Numbered from the stretch's first letter, positions 25,871 to 37,138 are shown. The stretch: 64,000 nucleotides of DNA from Pseudomonadota bacterium (GCA_049323435.1 JBMOMX010000012.1:273625-337624); one strand, 5' to 3'. Numbers and translations: made by a program. The notes: generated by a model not told the origin, from the sequence alone.

Positions 25871-28708
25871 ATGGCAGCCCCGTTTGATATGGATTTCGGA
25901 ACCCCGGCGCAGCCTGGCGCGGATACTGTCAGCCTCGAAATTGACGGCATCAAAGTGAGCGTCCCGGCCGGCACATCGGTTATGCGCGCCAGCGCGATGG
26001 CAGGCGTCAAGGTTCCCAAACTCTGCGCCACCGATTCGCTGGAGCCATTTGGTTCCTGCCGTTTGTGCCTGGTGGAAATTGACGGGCGCAAGGGCACGCC
26101 CGCATCATGCACCACACCGGTTGAACCCGGCATGAAAGTGGCGACCCAGACGGACCGTCTGGCGCGGTTGCGGCGCGGCGTTATGGAGCTTTATATCAGC
26201 GATCATCCGCTTGATTGTCTCACCTGCCCGGCCAATGGCGATTGCGAATTGCAGGACATGGCGGGCGCGGTTGGCCTGCGCGAAGTGCGCTATGGCTTCG
26301 AAGGTGAAAATCACCTGAAGGCGGAAAAAGACGAATCCAATCCCTATTTCACCTTTGATGCGTCCAAATGCATTGTCTGCTCGCGCTGTGTGCGCGCCTG
26401 CGAAGAACAGCAGGGCACTTTTGCCTTGACCATTGACGGACGCGGTTTTGCTTCGCATGTATCTGCGGGCATGAATGAGAGTTTCATGCAATCCGAATGC
26501 GTTTCCTGCGGCGCCTGTGTCAAGGCCTGCCCGACCGCTACCCTGATGGAAAAATCCGTCATCCAGATGGGCCAGCCGGAACGTCAGGTTCTGACCACCT
26601 GCGCCTATTGCGGCGTGGGCTGCAGCTTTGTGGCGGAATTGCAGGGTGATAAGGTGGTGCGCATGACCCCGCACAGGGACGGCAAGGCCAATCACGGCCA
26701 TTCCTGCGTCAAGGGCCGTTTCGCATGGGGTTACGCCACACATAAAGACCGCATTACCAAACCGATGATCCGCGCCTCGATCCAGGATCCCTGGCGCGAA
26801 GTATCGTGGGAAGAGGCGATCAGCCACACCGCTTCCGAGTTCCGCCGTATACAGAACAAGTATGGAAAAAACGCCATTGGCGGCATCACCAGTTCACGCT
26901 GCACCAATGAAGAAACCTTTCTGGTGCAGAAAATGATCCGTGCGGCGTTCGGAAATAATAATGTCGATACCTGCGCCCGGGTTTGCCATTCGCCGACCGG
27001 GTACGGGTTAAAGACCGCCTTTGGCACCTCGGCGGGAACCCAGAATTTCGATTCCGTGCAGGACGCTGATCTGATGCTGGTCATTGGCGCCAATCCCACC
27101 GATGCGCATCCGGTGTTTGCCTCTCAAATGAAACGCCGCCTGCGCGAAGGCGCGAAGCTGATCGTCATTGATCCACGCCGCATTGATCTGGTTCGCACGC
27201 CGCATGTCGAGGCTGAACATCATCTGCAACTGAGACCGGGCACCAATGTCGCGGTCATCAACGCCATCGGCCATGTGATCGCCAGCGAAGGGCTGATCGA
27301 CGCAGCGTTCACCGCCGAACGCTGCGACGCTATCGAATTCGCGCGCTGGCATGCTTTCATCCTGCGTCCGGAAAATGCGCCCGAGGCGGTGGCTGACATC
27401 ACCGGCGTTCCCGCAGAAGAAATTCGCAACGCCGCGCGGCTGTACGCCAGCGCCAAAAACGCCGCTATCTATTACGGGCTGGGCGTTACTGAACATAGCC
27501 AAGGCACCACAATGGTGATGGGTATGGCCAACCTGGCCATGGCAACCGGCAATCTGGGGCGGCCAGGCGTGGGCGTTAATCCGCTGCGCGGACAGAACAA
27601 TGTGCAGGGCGCCTGCGACATGGGCTCGTTTCCGCATGAATATTCCGGGTACAGACATGTTTCGGACGGCGCCGCCCGCGCATTGTTTGAGGCGGCCTGG
27701 GGCGTGCCGCTGAATTCCGAGCCCGGCCTGCGCATTCCCAACATGTTCGATGCGGCGCTGGATGGCTCCTATATGGGCATTTATGTGCAGGGCGAGGACA
27801 TTGTGCAGTCCGATCCCAACACCCATCATGTCACGGCGGCGCTGAGCGCGATGGAATGCGTCGTGGTGCAGGATTTATTCCTGTGCGAAACCGCAAATTA
27901 TGCCCATGTGTTTTTACCCGGCGCATCGTTTTTGGAAAAAGACGGCACTTTCACCAATGCCGAACGCCGCATCAACCGGGTGCGCCGCGCCACCAGGCCG
28001 CTGGCGGGCATGGCCGACTGGGAAGTCACCATGGCGCTGTCCAATGCGCTCGGCTATCCAATGCACTATGCGCACCCCTCCGAAATCATGGATGAAATCG
28101 CGCGCCTGACACCTACCTTTTCAGGCGTCAGTTATGATCTGCTGGATCGTGTGGGCAGTGTGCAATGGCCCTGCAATGCGGCCGCGCCCGAAGGCACGCC
28201 GGTCATGCATATTGGCGGTTTCGCGCGCGGCAAGGGCCGCTTCATGATTACCGAATATGTCCCGACCGATGAACGTTCCGGGCCGCGCTTTCCGTTGCTT
28301 TTGACCACCGGGCGCATTCTCAGCCAGTATAATGTCGGTGCGCAATCGCGCCGCACGGAAAATGTGCGATGGCATCCCGAAGACGTGCTGGAAATTCACC
28401 CTTTTGATGCCGAAAACCGCGGCATCCGCACCGGCGACAAGGTCGCCGTCATGAGCCGCACCGGCGAAACCGTGTTAAGCGCAATGATCAGCGAACGCAT
28501 GCAACCCGGCGTGGTATACACCACTTTCCACCATCCGGAATCAGCCGCCAATGTCATCACCACCGATTATTCCGACTGGGCGACCAATTGCCCGGAATAT
28601 AAGGTGACAGCAGTCGAAGTGCGGCCCAGCAATGCCTGGTCGCAGTGGCAGACCGAAGCGGAAACGTTCCGTAAACGCGCACACCGTATTGCTCCGGCTG
28701 CGGAGTAA
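25871..28708 (+). CDS. fdsA: NAD-dependent formate dehydrogenase alpha subunit (molybdopterin)
   Basis: 945 aa. The N-terminal 2Fe-2S and 4Fe-4S Cys clusters resemble NuoG, followed by the Mo-bisPGD domain. The active-site stretch is CARVCHSPTGYG (Cys-His), with no in-frame TGA. Confidence 0.93.
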   Translation: MAAPFDMDFGTPAQPGADTVSLEIDGIKVSVPAGTSVMRASAMAGVKVPKLCATDSLEPFGSCRLCLVEIDGRKGTPASCTTPVEPGMKVATQTDRLARLRRGVMELYISDHPLDCLTCPANGDCELQDMAGAVGLREVRYGFEGENHLKAEKDESNPYFTFDASKCIVCSRCVRACEEQQGTFALTIDGRGFASHVSAGMNESFMQSECVSCGACVKACPTATLMEKSVIQMGQPERQVLTTCAYCGVGCSFVAELQGDKVVRMTPHRDGKANHGHSCVKGRFAWGYATHKDRITKPMIRASIQDPWREVSWEEAISHTASEFRRIQNKYGKNAIGGITSSRCTNEETFLVQKMIRAAFGNNNVDTCARVCHSPTGYGLKTAFGTSAGTQNFDSVQDADLMLVIGANPTDAHPVFASQMKRRLREGAKLIVIDPRRIDLVRTPHVEAEHHLQLRPGTNVAVINAIGHVIASEGLIDAAFTAERCDAIEFARWHAFILRPENAPEAVADITGVPAEEIRNAARLYASAKNAAIYYGLGVTEHSQGTTMVMGMANLAMATGNLGRPGVGVNPLRGQNNVQGACDMGSFPHEYSGYRHVSDGAARALFEAAWGVPLNSEPGLRIPNMFDAALDGSYMGIYVQGEDIVQSDPNTHHVTAALSAMECVVVQDLFLCETANYAHVFLPGASFLEKDGTFTNAERRINRVRRATRPLAGMADWEVTMALSNALGYPMHYAHPSEIMDEIARLTPTFSGVSYDLLDRVGSVQWPCNAAAPEGTPVMHIGGFARGKGRFMITEYVPTDERSGPRFPLLLTTGRILSQYNVGAQSRRTENVRWHPEDVLEIHPFDAENRGIRTGDKVAVMSRTGETVLSAMISERMQPGVVYTTFHHPESAANVITTDYSDWATNCPEYKVTAVEVRPSNAWSQWQTEAETFRKRAHRIAPAAE

Positions 28709-28723
28709 TTGAAAACGGATATC

Positions 28724-29539
28724 ATGGGAAAACTGATCGAACATCCGGCTTTTTCCCAGGCGCCGGTTTCGCGCCTGCATCAGGGCGTCAGCAGCGGATT
28801 TGCCGATCAGCTGGCGGCGGAAACCCCTGTCGCTTTTGTCTATAATTGCGAACCCTATGCCGTGATGATGGCAAGCCCCAGCGATCTGGAAGATTTCGCC
28901 TATGGTTTTTCCGTGTCCGAAGGCATTGTTGCAGGGGCGCATGAAATCATTTCGCTTGATCAGACCCAAAAAGGGTCCGGCATAAGTTTGGGGATCGAGA
29001 TCCCGCCGGAGCGCGCAGCGCGCCTGGCGGAACGCGCCCGCAGTTTGGCGGGGCGCACCGGTTGCGGCATTTGCGGCATCACCGATCTTGAACAGGTGAT
29101 GCGCGGCCTGCCGCAATTGCCGCACACTATGCCAATCCGCGCGTCCGCCATTGACGCGGCCATCAAGGCTTTACCCGCGCATCAGACCTTTAACAAACAG
29201 ACCGGAGCCGTCCATGCGGCAGGCTTTGCCGCGGCGGATGGTGAATTGCTTTTGGTGCGCGAAGATATCGGCCGACACAATGCGCTGGACAAGCTGATTG
29301 GCGCGATCCTTCGCAAGGGGCTTGCGCCCGCCAAGGGCATGGTGGTGATCACCAGCCGGTGCAGCATGGAAATGGTGCAGAAAACCGTAACGCTGGGCTG
29401 TCCGGTTCTGGTGGCGGTGTCTGCGCCCACATCGCTGGCGGTTGAGATCGCTGAGGCGCATGGCCTGACCATCGCCGCATTTGCGCGCGGCGATGGATTT
29501 AATCTGTATACGCATCAAGAACGGATAGCGCCGTCATGA
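28724..29539 (+). CDS. fdhD: formate dehydrogenase accessory sulfurtransferase FdhD (FdsC)
   Basis: GRTGCGICG (catalytic Cys pair), DIGRHNALDK and SR.S.EMV.K are FdhD motifs. ATG at 28724; the track ORF starts at a TTG at 28709. Confidence 0.88.
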   Translation: MGKLIEHPAFSQAPVSRLHQGVSSGFADQLAAETPVAFVYNCEPYAVMMASPSDLEDFAYGFSVSEGIVAGAHEIISLDQTQKGSGISLGIEIPPERAARLAERARSLAGRTGCGICGITDLEQVMRGLPQLPHTMPIRASAIDAAIKALPAHQTFNKQTGAVHAAGFAAADGELLLVREDIGRHNALDKLIGAILRKGLAPAKGMVVITSRCSMEMVQKTVTLGCPVLVAVSAPTSLAVEIAEAHGLTIAAFARGDGFNLYTHQERIAPS

Positions 29540-29763
29540 ATATCGAACATCTTGTCCATATGGCCAACCAGATCGCGGATTTTTTCAAAGCCTATCCGGA
29601 GGCAGAAGCGATTGCGGGCGTCGAAAACCATATAAGTCAATTCTGGGATCCCCGCATGCGCGCGCAATTGTCCAAACATCTGGATGCCGGCGGCGCGGGC
29701 CTTCATGCAATCACGCTGGCCGCCGCAAAACGGCTGCAACAAAAAGCAGCCGCCGCGAATTAA
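29536..29763 (+). CDS. fdsD: formate dehydrogenase delta subunit
   Basis: 75 aa. LVHMANQIADFF......A...V..HI..FWDPRMR is the FdsD pattern. It overlaps fdhD by 4 nt. Confidence 0.85.
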   Translation: MNIEHLVHMANQIADFFKAYPEAEAIAGVENHISQFWDPRMRAQLSKHLDAGGAGLHAITLAAAKRLQQKAAAAN

Positions 29764-30608
29764 GCCAGCAATTCCCCGACATAGGGAGGCAGCGCGAAGG
29801 CGCCCTTGTGAACTTCCGGGGTGTAATAGCGGCTGTTCAACGATAAAGGTTTGAAACGCGCCTCCAGCGTTTCCACCGGCACCTTGCGCAGGCCTGCATT
29901 GTCAGTGGCCCAGCCCATCGCCATTGCGCCGCCGATATAGGTGGGGATGGTGGCCAGATAACAGCTTACATCCGCAAAAAAATTGCGCATATGCGCGGCG
30001 GAACTGCGCAGCTCCTCCGGCTGCATGAACGGCACGCCGTTCTGCGTCACCAGAACACCGCCAGGCGTCAGACGGTCCTTGCAGCGTTTATAAAATTCCT
30101 TAGTGAACAGAATTTCACCCGGCCCTTCGGGGTCGGTTGAATCCACAATGATCACGTCATATTTTGCGGCGCTATCGCCAACAAAGGCAAAGCCGTCGCC
30201 GATGATCAGATCGGTGCGCGGATCTTCAAATGCACCTTTGCAGATCTCGCTCAGATAACGTTTGGAAAATTCAACCACGCCTGCATCGATTTCCACCATA
30301 GTGGCTTTTTCAATACCGGGATGTTTCAGCACCTCTTCAAGAATGCCGCCATCACCGCCGCCGATGATCAGCGCATGGCGCACCGCCCCATGTGCCAGGA
30401 TGGGCACATGGGTCATCATTTCATGATATATGAACTCGTCTTTTTCCGTCGTCTGGGTAACATCATCCAGCGTCAGGATTTTACCCAGACGCGGATGTTC
30501 CAGCAGGCGCATCTTCTGATGCTCGGTGCTGCTTTCATACAGCACCCTGTCGATTTTGTAGCGGGTCCGAACATCCGGGTACAGACCTTCCTCATGCCAC
30601 TCTGTCAC
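29760..30608 (-). CDS. speE: polyamine aminopropyltransferase (spermidine synthase)
   Basis: QTTEKDEFIYHEMMTHVP...IIGGGDGG...DVIIVDSTDP are SpeE motifs. 282 aa. Confidence 0.9.
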   Translation of the reverse strand: MTEWHEEGLYPDVRTRYKIDRVLYESSTEHQKMRLLEHPRLGKILTLDDVTQTTEKDEFIYHEMMTHVPILAHGAVRHALIIGGGDGGILEEVLKHPGIEKATMVEIDAGVVEFSKRYLSEICKGAFEDPRTDLIIGDGFAFVGDSAAKYDVIIVDSTDPEGPGEILFTKEFYKRCKDRLTPGGVLVTQNGVPFMQPEELRSSAAHMRNFFADVSCYLATIPTYIGGAMAMGWATDNAGLRKVPVETLEARFKPLSLNSRYYTPEVHKGAFALPPYVGELLA

Positions 30609-31105
30609 AGACCGCGTCCACGCGGGCGTTCTTCAACCTCGACCTTGCCAGGCTGAAACGCGCGGCGCAGCACGTCAATCGACTCATGCGGTTTGGCCGC
30701 ACCGCACATGAACACATCCAGCGCGGCATAGCCATATTCAGGCCAGGTGTGAATGCTGATATGCGACTCAGCCAGCACCGCTACACCCGACACGCCGCCA
30801 TTGGGCGTGAAATGATGCAGATGGATATGCAGCAGCGTAGCGCCTGCCGCAGTTACGCAGTCGCGCATCGCCTGATCGATATGCGCAATATCATCCAGGC
30901 GGCTGGCATCTTTCAGATCAATCAGCAGATGCATGCCGGCATAACGGCCATCCTCGGACTCGATCAGGAAATCCTTACGTTCCTCCTGAAGGCTGCTGTC
31001 CGAAACCAGCTCAAGCCTGTCGGCAGGCCGGCGTCCAGATTCACGGCGCTTTAAATTTGTTTGAAGTCCAACGGATCCTTTTTTAAGGGAAATAACAGAT
31101 GACAT
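30605..31105 (-). CDS. speH: S-adenosylmethionine decarboxylase proenzyme (class 1B)
   Basis: AESHISIHTWPE is the self-processing Glu-Ser site, and DVFMCG is present. The start is set at MSSVIS (ATG at 31103-31105), preceded by a GGGAGGA RBS. It overlaps speE by 4 nt. Confidence 0.85.
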   Translation of the reverse strand: MSSVISLKKGSVGLQTNLKRRESGRRPADRLELVSDSSLQEERKDFLIESEDGRYAGMHLLIDLKDASRLDDIAHIDQAMRDCVTAAGATLLHIHLHHFTPNGGVSGVAVLAESHISIHTWPEYGYAALDVFMCGAAKPHESIDVLRRAFQPGKVEVEERPRGRGL

Positions 31106-31195
31106 GGCACGTCCTCCCATACAGGCAAGAAGAGTGATTCAAAACCACCGCAGGACAAGTCCCGCTGTGAAACTAAATTATTCAGAAGGGGAATT

Positions 31196-31429
31196 TTACG
31201 GTTTAACAGCCATTACCGCGGGGCATCCCATACTCAGATAAATCTGAAGGTGCCGGCTGGTATAGCGTTCAGCCTCATGATCAATGAGGAAATTTATGTG
31301 ATCTACATTGGGCAGGATATCGCGCGCAAATACGCCCAGCAGCCGAAACAGACGGCTGGCAAGCGAACCCGGCACAAACTCCGGCTGAAGGCCAACGCCT
31401 TCCTTTTTGAGAGCGAGTGAAACACTCAT
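31196..31429 (-). CDS. small ORF paralogous to the N-terminal ~70 residues of SpeH (possible duplication remnant)
   Basis: MSVSLALKKEGVGLQPE and NFLIDHEAERYTSRHLQIYL align with SpeH MSSVISLKKGSVGLQTN and DFLIESEDGRYAGMHLLIDL. It has its own GGGAGAAG RBS and lacks the ESH processing site. Confidence 0.45.
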   Translation of the reverse strand: MSVSLALKKEGVGLQPEFVPGSLASRLFRLLGVFARDILPNVDHINFLIDHEAERYTSRHLQIYLSMGCPAVMAVKP

Positions 31430-31784
31430 CGCAACTTCTCCCAAACAGGTAAGAGTGGGTGTAAATCACCACAGGGCCTGCCCGTCGTGACGCTCCAAGT
31501 AAAATCCAGGAAAACAGCAGCAAGTACCGCTATTCCGCTGAAGCATTCGTCTCTTAACACGACCTTCGACAAATGTCATCAGGTCCTGTTGCCTGTCCTA
31601 TTAAAAGGTCATTCTCCGAACCGGCCAAACATCTGACTCGGCCAACAGGCTAACCCATCAATATTGAAAAGCTATGAACGCTAATTTGGCAGTGAGTGCA
31701 AGAAAAAAATTGAGCTCCGGCGGAAAGCGGCGGCATCATGTGCCTCCCGGGATATATGGGGGACCGAGTTAATTTCAACAAGGT

Positions 31785-33644
31785 TTAAGAAATCTTTACG
31801 GACAGATTTTCCTGCGAAGCCTTTACAGCGTCTGCCGTCGCTGACCGGTTGGCTGGCAAAATGACCGAAACCGTTGTGCCGACATTCTCGGTACTGGCCA
31901 GCATTAACCGGCCCCCATGCATTTCCACCAAAGATTTGGTGATGGAAAGTCCAAGACCCGTGCCTTTCTCAGCCGATTCCGCACCATTTGCCGCTGTTAC
32001 AAAGGGCTCCACAATGGTGGCCAGCAAATGTTTGGGTATCCCGCAGCCCGAGTCGGCGACTTTGAGAATGATATTCCCATCTGCCGCGTCTTTTTCCGCC
32101 GAAAGACAGATGCTTTTCCCGCGCGGGGTAAATTTCAGGGCATTGGAGAACAGATTCAGTAATATCTGTCTCATGGCGCGGCGATCCCCCATGAAATTAA
32201 GTATCGTTTCTGGAACGGAATGAGTTACCTCCACCCCCTTCGACATGATTTGGGGCTCGGTCATATTCAACACCCAATCAATCAGCTCCTGGGCGCTGAG
32301 CCATTCTTCCAGCATTTCATATTTGCCAGATTCAATGCGCGACAGATCCAGCATATCGTTAATCAGATTGAGCAGATGCTGGCCGCTATCGTGAATATCT
32401 TCGGCATAAGAAAGATAACGTTCACTGCCTACCGGCCCGAACATTTGCTGCCGCAGAATATCTGAAAAGCCAATAATGGCGTTCAGGGGCGTGCGCAATT
32501 CATGGCTCATATTTGCCAGGAACTGGGATTTCGCCCGATTTGCCTGATCGGCCTCCTCTTTGGCCGAATGCAGCGCCAGTTCGGCACGCTTGCGGTCGGT
32601 CACGTCTCCAACTGTCGTGACAACCCTTTGCCAATCATGACGGTTCCCCGGGACTATAGCCGAACGGACCCGCGTAAACACCTGGCCGCCCCGCAGCCGC
32701 CGCGTACTTGTTTCATTAAGATAATTACCACTTTGCGAAGCGGCAAAGTTTACAATCCACATGCGGTAATTTCGCAACTCCTCGGAAGTGAGCCGCTCAA
32801 CTTCCAGATGCTCGACCAATTTTCCGACCGTATCGGCGCGATACAGCGTCAAGGTAGCTTTATTAACCCGGATGAAGCGAATGGCGGCGACCATCTCCTT
32901 TAAAATTTCGGGATGATCAAGCAGATGGCGGTTCAGATCCGCCACACCCGACTCCATTAGGCGGTCGATGATTTTTTTGGTTTGTGACCAGTCCTGCTCC
33001 ATGATGGAGATGGGGGCTGTTTCAAACAGCCTTTCAAAAAGATGTTCCGTGTCACTCAGGGCTTTTTCGCCCGCCCGGCGGTGGCGGATCAGCCCGTCTG
33101 CGACAAGAAAGCTGTAGAGCATTACAAATCCAACTGTGAGCGGCCGAAGCGCCTGGCGTAATTCATCCGTCGACCGATCTGGCGGAAGCAGATGTAATTC
33201 ACCCGCCCACCACAAAAGTGCCAGACACAATAACACGGCAAGGATCGACAGGAAGACCCGCCGCCGGTCCCCGGAAAGCATATTTTCCATTGGAATAATA
33301 CACAGACCAATCACCATTGATGAGGCGATACCGCCTGAATGGGCCGCACCGATACCGATAAAAACAAGAATCGACAGTGTCAGTAAATCGCGCACCAGAT
33401 TAACGGCGCCAGTCAGGCGCAACAGGCCCCATAACAATAATGGCAGCAGCAACCAGGCCAGAAACCAGACTGTATCAACACCATCAAAATGATTCTTGAG
33501 CAATATTGTGCTGACCGCAGCCACCGGCAGGAACAGCAACGGGACGGATAATGACAGCAGCATCTCAGTCTGCGCGCCCCGAATAGCGGGGTTAACCCGT
33601 GCCTCGGCGGTCAGTAGAAAATTTAACAGCCGTTGCATCAACAC
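31785..33644 (-). CDS. membrane sensor histidine kinase (multi-TM N-terminus, PAS-like region, HisKA, HATPase_c)
   Basis: The H-box is [16 protein letters not shown], the N-box is [12 protein letters not shown], and the G-boxes are DSGCGIP and [18 protein letters not shown]. About six hydrophobic segments occupy the first 190 aa. No response regulator is adjacent. Confidence 0.88.
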   Translation of the reverse strand: MLMQRLLNFLLTAEARVNPAIRGAQTEMLLSLSVPLLFLPVAAVSTILLKNHFDGVDTVWFLAWLLLPLLLWGLLRLTGAVNLVRDLLTLSILVFIGIGAAHSGGIASSMVIGLCIIPMENMLSGDRRRVFLSILAVLLCLALLWWAGELHLLPPDRSTDELRQALRPLTVGFVMLYSFLVADGLIRHRRAGEKALSDTEHLFERLFETAPISIMEQDWSQTKKIIDRLMESGVADLNRHLLDHPEILKEMVAAIRFIRVNKATLTLYRADTVGKLVEHLEVERLTSEELRNYRMWIVNFAASQSGNYLNETSTRRLRGGQVFTRVRSAIVPGNRHDWQRVVTTVGDVTDRKRAELALHSAKEEADQANRAKSQFLANMSHELRTPLNAIIGFSDILRQQMFGPVGSERYLSYAEDIHDSGQHLLNLINDMLDLSRIESGKYEMLEEWLSAQELIDWVLNMTEPQIMSKGVEVTHSVPETILNFMGDRRAMRQILLNLFSNALKFTPRGKSICLSAEKDAADGNIILKVADSGCGIPKHLLATIVEPFVTAANGAESAEKGTGLGLSITKSLVEMHGGRLMLASTENVGTTVSVILPANRSATADAVKASQENLSVKIS

Positions 33645-33686
33645 ATATTTCCCATCATTCTGGGCGCTGCCGAAGGCCGGATCATG

Positions 33687-34811
33687 CTAGGCGACGGCAA
33701 GGAAACGCTCCGCAAATGCCTGCATGCGGCCTGCCTTTACCGCATCTGAAATTTGCCGCATCAGATTCTGATAATAAGCAAGGTTATGCCAAGTAAGCAG
33801 CATCGAACCTAGAATTTCTTTTGATTTCACAAGATGGTGCAGATAGGCCCGGCTGTAATCACGGCTGGCTGGACAATCCAGCGTCATATCCAGGGGCCGC
33901 TCATCTTCCGCATGACAGGCATTGCGCATATTCAATACGCCCTCCGAGGTAAAAGCCTGGCCGGTTCGACCGCTACGTGTAGGTAACACGCAATCAAACA
34001 TATCCACACCGCGCAATACTGCGCCGACAATATCTGAAGGTTTTCCTACCCCCATCAGATATCGGGGCCGGTCCTGCGGCAAATGCGGCACCGTGCCCGC
34101 GACTGTAGCAAACATGCTTTCCTGCCCCTCGCCCACGGCCAGCCCGCCGATAGCATATCCATCAAACCCGATGCCGCAAAGCGATCTGGACGAGCGTTCC
34201 CGTAGTTCCGGATAAACGCCCCCCTGGACAATACCAAACAGCGCATGCCCCTTTTCGGCAGATCTGGCGCTTTCAAAAGCTGCCTTGGATCGTTCGGCCC
34301 AGCGCATGGACAAAAGCATGGATTTTTCCGCCTGTTCAATGCTGGCTGGAAAAGGTGTGCATTCGTCAAGCACCATAATGATATCAGAACCTAAAAGCAG
34401 CTGAATCTCTATGCTGCGTTCTGGCGACAACAGATGCTGCGAGCCGTCAATATGCGAGCGGAACATGACCCCCTGCTCGTCTATTTTTCGTAATTGTGAC
34501 AAGGACATAACCTGATAACCGCCCGAATCGGTTAAAATCGGATGGGGCCAGTTCATGAATTTATGCAGCCCGCCAAGCCGGGCCACACGCTCGGCCCCCG
34601 GCCGCAGCATGAGATGATAGGTATTACCCAGCACAATATCCGCGCCCAGCTCCCGCACAGTACCGGGCAGCATGGCCTTGACCGTACCTGCGGTTCCGAC
34701 CGGCATGAATGCGGGGGTCCGTATTTCGCCACGCGAGGTCTGGATAATGCCGGTACGCGCGGCGCCATCGCTTGCCGTTACCCTGAATGAAAATCCGGAT
34801 GCCGCTATCAT
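33687..34811 (-). CDS. tgt: tRNA-guanine transglycosylase (queuine tRNA-ribosyltransferase)
   Basis: [19 protein letters not shown] and [16 protein letters not shown] are Tgt motifs. The start is set at MIAASGF, giving an ATGA overlap with queA. Confidence 0.9.
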   Translation of the reverse strand: MIAASGFSFRVTASDGAARTGIIQTSRGEIRTPAFMPVGTAGTVKAMLPGTVRELGADIVLGNTYHLMLRPGAERVARLGGLHKFMNWPHPILTDSGGYQVMSLSQLRKIDEQGVMFRSHIDGSQHLLSPERSIEIQLLLGSDIIMVLDECTPFPASIEQAEKSMLLSMRWAERSKAAFESARSAEKGHALFGIVQGGVYPELRERSSRSLCGIGFDGYAIGGLAVGEGQESMFATVAGTVPHLPQDRPRYLMGVGKPSDIVGAVLRGVDMFDCVLPTRSGRTGQAFTSEGVLNMRNACHAEDERPLDMTLDCPASRDYSRAYLHHLVKSKEILGSMLLTWHNLAYYQNLMRQISDAVKAGRMQAFAERFLAVA

Positions 34812-35860
34812 ACGGGCGCTCGAAATAACAGGCTGCCGTCGCCATAGGAATAAAACCGGTATTTTTCCCGAATGGCGTGCTGATACGCGGCCTGCATCAC
34901 CTCCATGCCGCAAAACGCCGATACCAGCATGAACAAGGTTGATTTGGGCAGATGAAAATTGCTGATCAGAGCGTCCACCGTCAAAAACCGGTATCCCGGC
35001 GTGATAAAAATATCCGTTTCCCCGGTCCAGGTCCCAACGGTTCCATCCTGCTGCGCGGCACTTTCCAGAAGACGCAGCGAAGTGGTGCCAACCGCAACCA
35101 CACGCCGCCCCTCACTATGGGCGGCATTGATAGCCTGGGCCGACAATGAAGATATACTGCCCCATTCAGCATGCATATGGTGTTCAGAAATATATTCTGA
35201 CTTTACCGGCAAGAAAGTTCCCGCCCCCACATGCAATGTTATAAAGCAATGCTTTATACCTTTTTTTTCAAGTTTTAGCATAAGTTCTGGTGTAAAGTGC
35301 AGTGCTGCTGTCGGGGCGGCGACGGATCCATCGACTTTCGCAAACAGGGTCTGATAATCCTGCACATCGCGCATATCTGCTGGGCGTTTAGACCCAATAT
35401 AGGGCGGAAGCGGCATGGCCCCGTGTGCTTCAATGGCGGCATCCAGGACCGCACCGGACAGATTGAATTTCAGCAGAATATCGCCCCCGGAGTTAAGCTC
35501 CGAAACAATGGCGAAAAAATTCTGCGAAAAAATGATCCGATCATTTGGCCGCAGACGCCGCAATGGTCTTGCAAAGGCCAGCCAGCAGGCGTGATCGACA
35601 CGTTTGTGCAGATTGAGATGTATACTGGCTTCAGAGCCGTCCGCGCGCCGCCTTAGCCCCCGCAGCGCCGCCGGAATTACCCGCGTGTCATTGAACACGA
35701 GAAGATCGCCGGGGTTCAACAGCACCGGCAGGTCGCGCATCACATTGTCCTGCAACGCGCCATTCCGGACCACAAGACAGCGCGCCGCATCGCGCGGCTG
35801 TGCCGGCCGCAAGGCAATCAGTTCATCCGGCAGATCAAAATCAAACGATTCAACGCGCAT
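34808..35860 (-). CDS. queA: S-adenosylmethionine:tRNA ribosyltransferase-isomerase
   Basis: [29 protein letters not shown] and AVGTTS.R.LES are QueA blocks. 350 aa. Confidence 0.9.
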   Translation of the reverse strand: MRVESFDFDLPDELIALRPAQPRDAARCLVVRNGALQDNVMRDLPVLLNPGDLLVFNDTRVIPAALRGLRRRADGSEASIHLNLHKRVDHACWLAFARPLRRLRPNDRIIFSQNFFAIVSELNSGGDILLKFNLSGAVLDAAIEAHGAMPLPPYIGSKRPADMRDVQDYQTLFAKVDGSVAAPTAALHFTPELMLKLEKKGIKHCFITLHVGAGTFLPVKSEYISEHHMHAEWGSISSLSAQAINAAHSEGRRVVAVGTTSLRLLESAAQQDGTVGTWTGETDIFITPGYRFLTVDALISNFHLPKSTLFMLVSAFCGMEVMQAAYQHAIREKYRFYSYGDGSLLFRAPV

Positions 35861-35888
35861 GGGATGATGAAGGGCAGGATCGGTAAAG

Positions 35889-36440
35889 CTATTCCTTTAC
35901 GTCCGCGGCAACCTGCATTTTCACGATCTTGTCCGGATCGGTGACCTGGCCATTATCGGCCTCATCGCCCCGCTTGATAGCATCTACATGTTCCATTCCG
36001 GAGATCACACGGCCAAACGCCGTATATTGGCCATCCAGAAACGCCGCCGCCGTAAAACAGATAAAGAACTGGCTGTTCGCACTGTCGGGATCGGATGAGC
36101 GCGCCATGGACAGCGTACCACGCAGATGCTTGGTATCATTGAATTCCGCTTTCAGGTCCGGCAAGTCGGAACCGCCAGTACCCGTGCCGGTCGGATCACC
36201 CGTTTGCGCCATGAAGCCTTCAATCACCCGGTGAAACACGACGCCATTATAAAAGCCCTGGCGCGCCAGGGTCTTTATCCGCTCCACGTGACCAGGAGCA
36301 ATTTCCGGATATAATTCAATGACTACCCGGCCATCTTTCAGATCCAGATAGAGTGTGTCTTCCGGGCTGGCGGCCAAAGCAGATACGGCAAACAGCCCAA
36401 GAAACAATGCAATGCAGCCGGCATAGAGTTTTTTAATCAT
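35889..36440 (-). CDS. peptidyl-prolyl cis-trans isomerase, cyclophilin type, secreted
   Basis: [23 protein letters not shown]...[15 protein letters not shown] is the cyclophilin core. The start is set at [23 protein letters not shown], a signal peptide. Confidence 0.88.
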   Translation of the reverse strand: MIKKLYAGCIALFLGLFAVSALAASPEDTLYLDLKDGRVVIELYPEIAPGHVERIKTLARQGFYNGVVFHRVIEGFMAQTGDPTGTGTGGSDLPDLKAEFNDTKHLRGTLSMARSSDPDSANSQFFICFTAAAFLDGQYTAFGRVISGMEHVDAIKRGDEADNGQVTDPDKIVKMQVAADVKE

Positions 36441-36489
36441 TGGTTGATGCCTGTAATAGTTAGTTGAGGTGTGGATCGGCCATTCTTCC

Positions 36490-36592
36490 TGGCCCCCCAC
36501 CCCGGCCCTACCCACAAGGGGGAGGGAGAAGAGGGACAAAATTCCGGGAAGAAGCCCCTCCCCTTAATGGGGAGGGGTTGGGTTGGGGTGCA
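36490..36592. repeat. inverted pair of GGGGAGGG-core elements (same family as 7168-7302)
   Basis: ccccccaccccggccctacccacaagggggagggagaag and gcccctccccttaatggggaggggttgggttggggtg face each other between the two cyclophilin genes. Confidence 0.72.
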
Positions 36593-36637
36593 AAAAAAAG
36601 CAAAAGCGATTCAACATAAAATCACTTTACTCCAATT

Positions 36638-37120
36638 TCAGGCATCCGCCGCGACCTTCATGCTGATGATTTTGTCCGGATCCTTGACGGAACCATTATC
36701 AAGCTTGTTGCCTTTTTTAATGCTATCGACAAACTCCATGCCTTCAACAACCTGTCCCCAGACGGAATATTGGCCATTCAGGAATTCGGCATCATCAAAG
36801 CAGATAAAGAACTGGCTGTTGGCGCTGTTGGGGCTGCTGGAGCGGGCCATCGACGCCGTTCCGCGCACATGTGGCGTTTTGCTAAATTCAGCCTTGATAT
36901 TGGGTAAATCAGATCCCCCCATCCCCGTTCCCGTCGGGTCGCCGGTCTGGGCCATAAAGCCTTCGATAACGCGATGAAACACGATGCCGTCATAAAAGCC
37001 CTGGCGCGCAAGGGTTTTGATTTGCGCAACATGATCCGGGGCAATATCGGGAAGTAATTCAATAACAACCAGCCCGTCTTTCAGTTCCAGATGAAGGGTG
37101 TTCTCAGGGTCCAACGCCAT
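36638..37120 (-). CDS. peptidyl-prolyl cis-trans isomerase, cyclophilin type, cytoplasmic
   Basis: 160 aa with no signal peptide. It has the same cyclophilin core ([23 protein letters not shown]). Confidence 0.9.
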   Translation of the reverse strand: MALDPENTLHLELKDGLVVIELLPDIAPDHVAQIKTLARQGFYDGIVFHRVIEGFMAQTGDPTGTGMGGSDLPNIKAEFSKTPHVRGTASMARSSSPNSANSQFFICFDDAEFLNGQYSVWGQVVEGMEFVDSIKKGNKLDNGSVKDPDKIISMKVAADA

Positions 37121-37138
37121 GCCTGGCTTCCTTTCTTA

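Noticed and set aside
25871-28708. Selenocysteine-containing formate dehydrogenase.
   Set aside because: The ORF is uninterrupted with no in-frame TGA. The active-site position reads Cys (ARVCHSPT). No SECIS-like context needs to be invoked.
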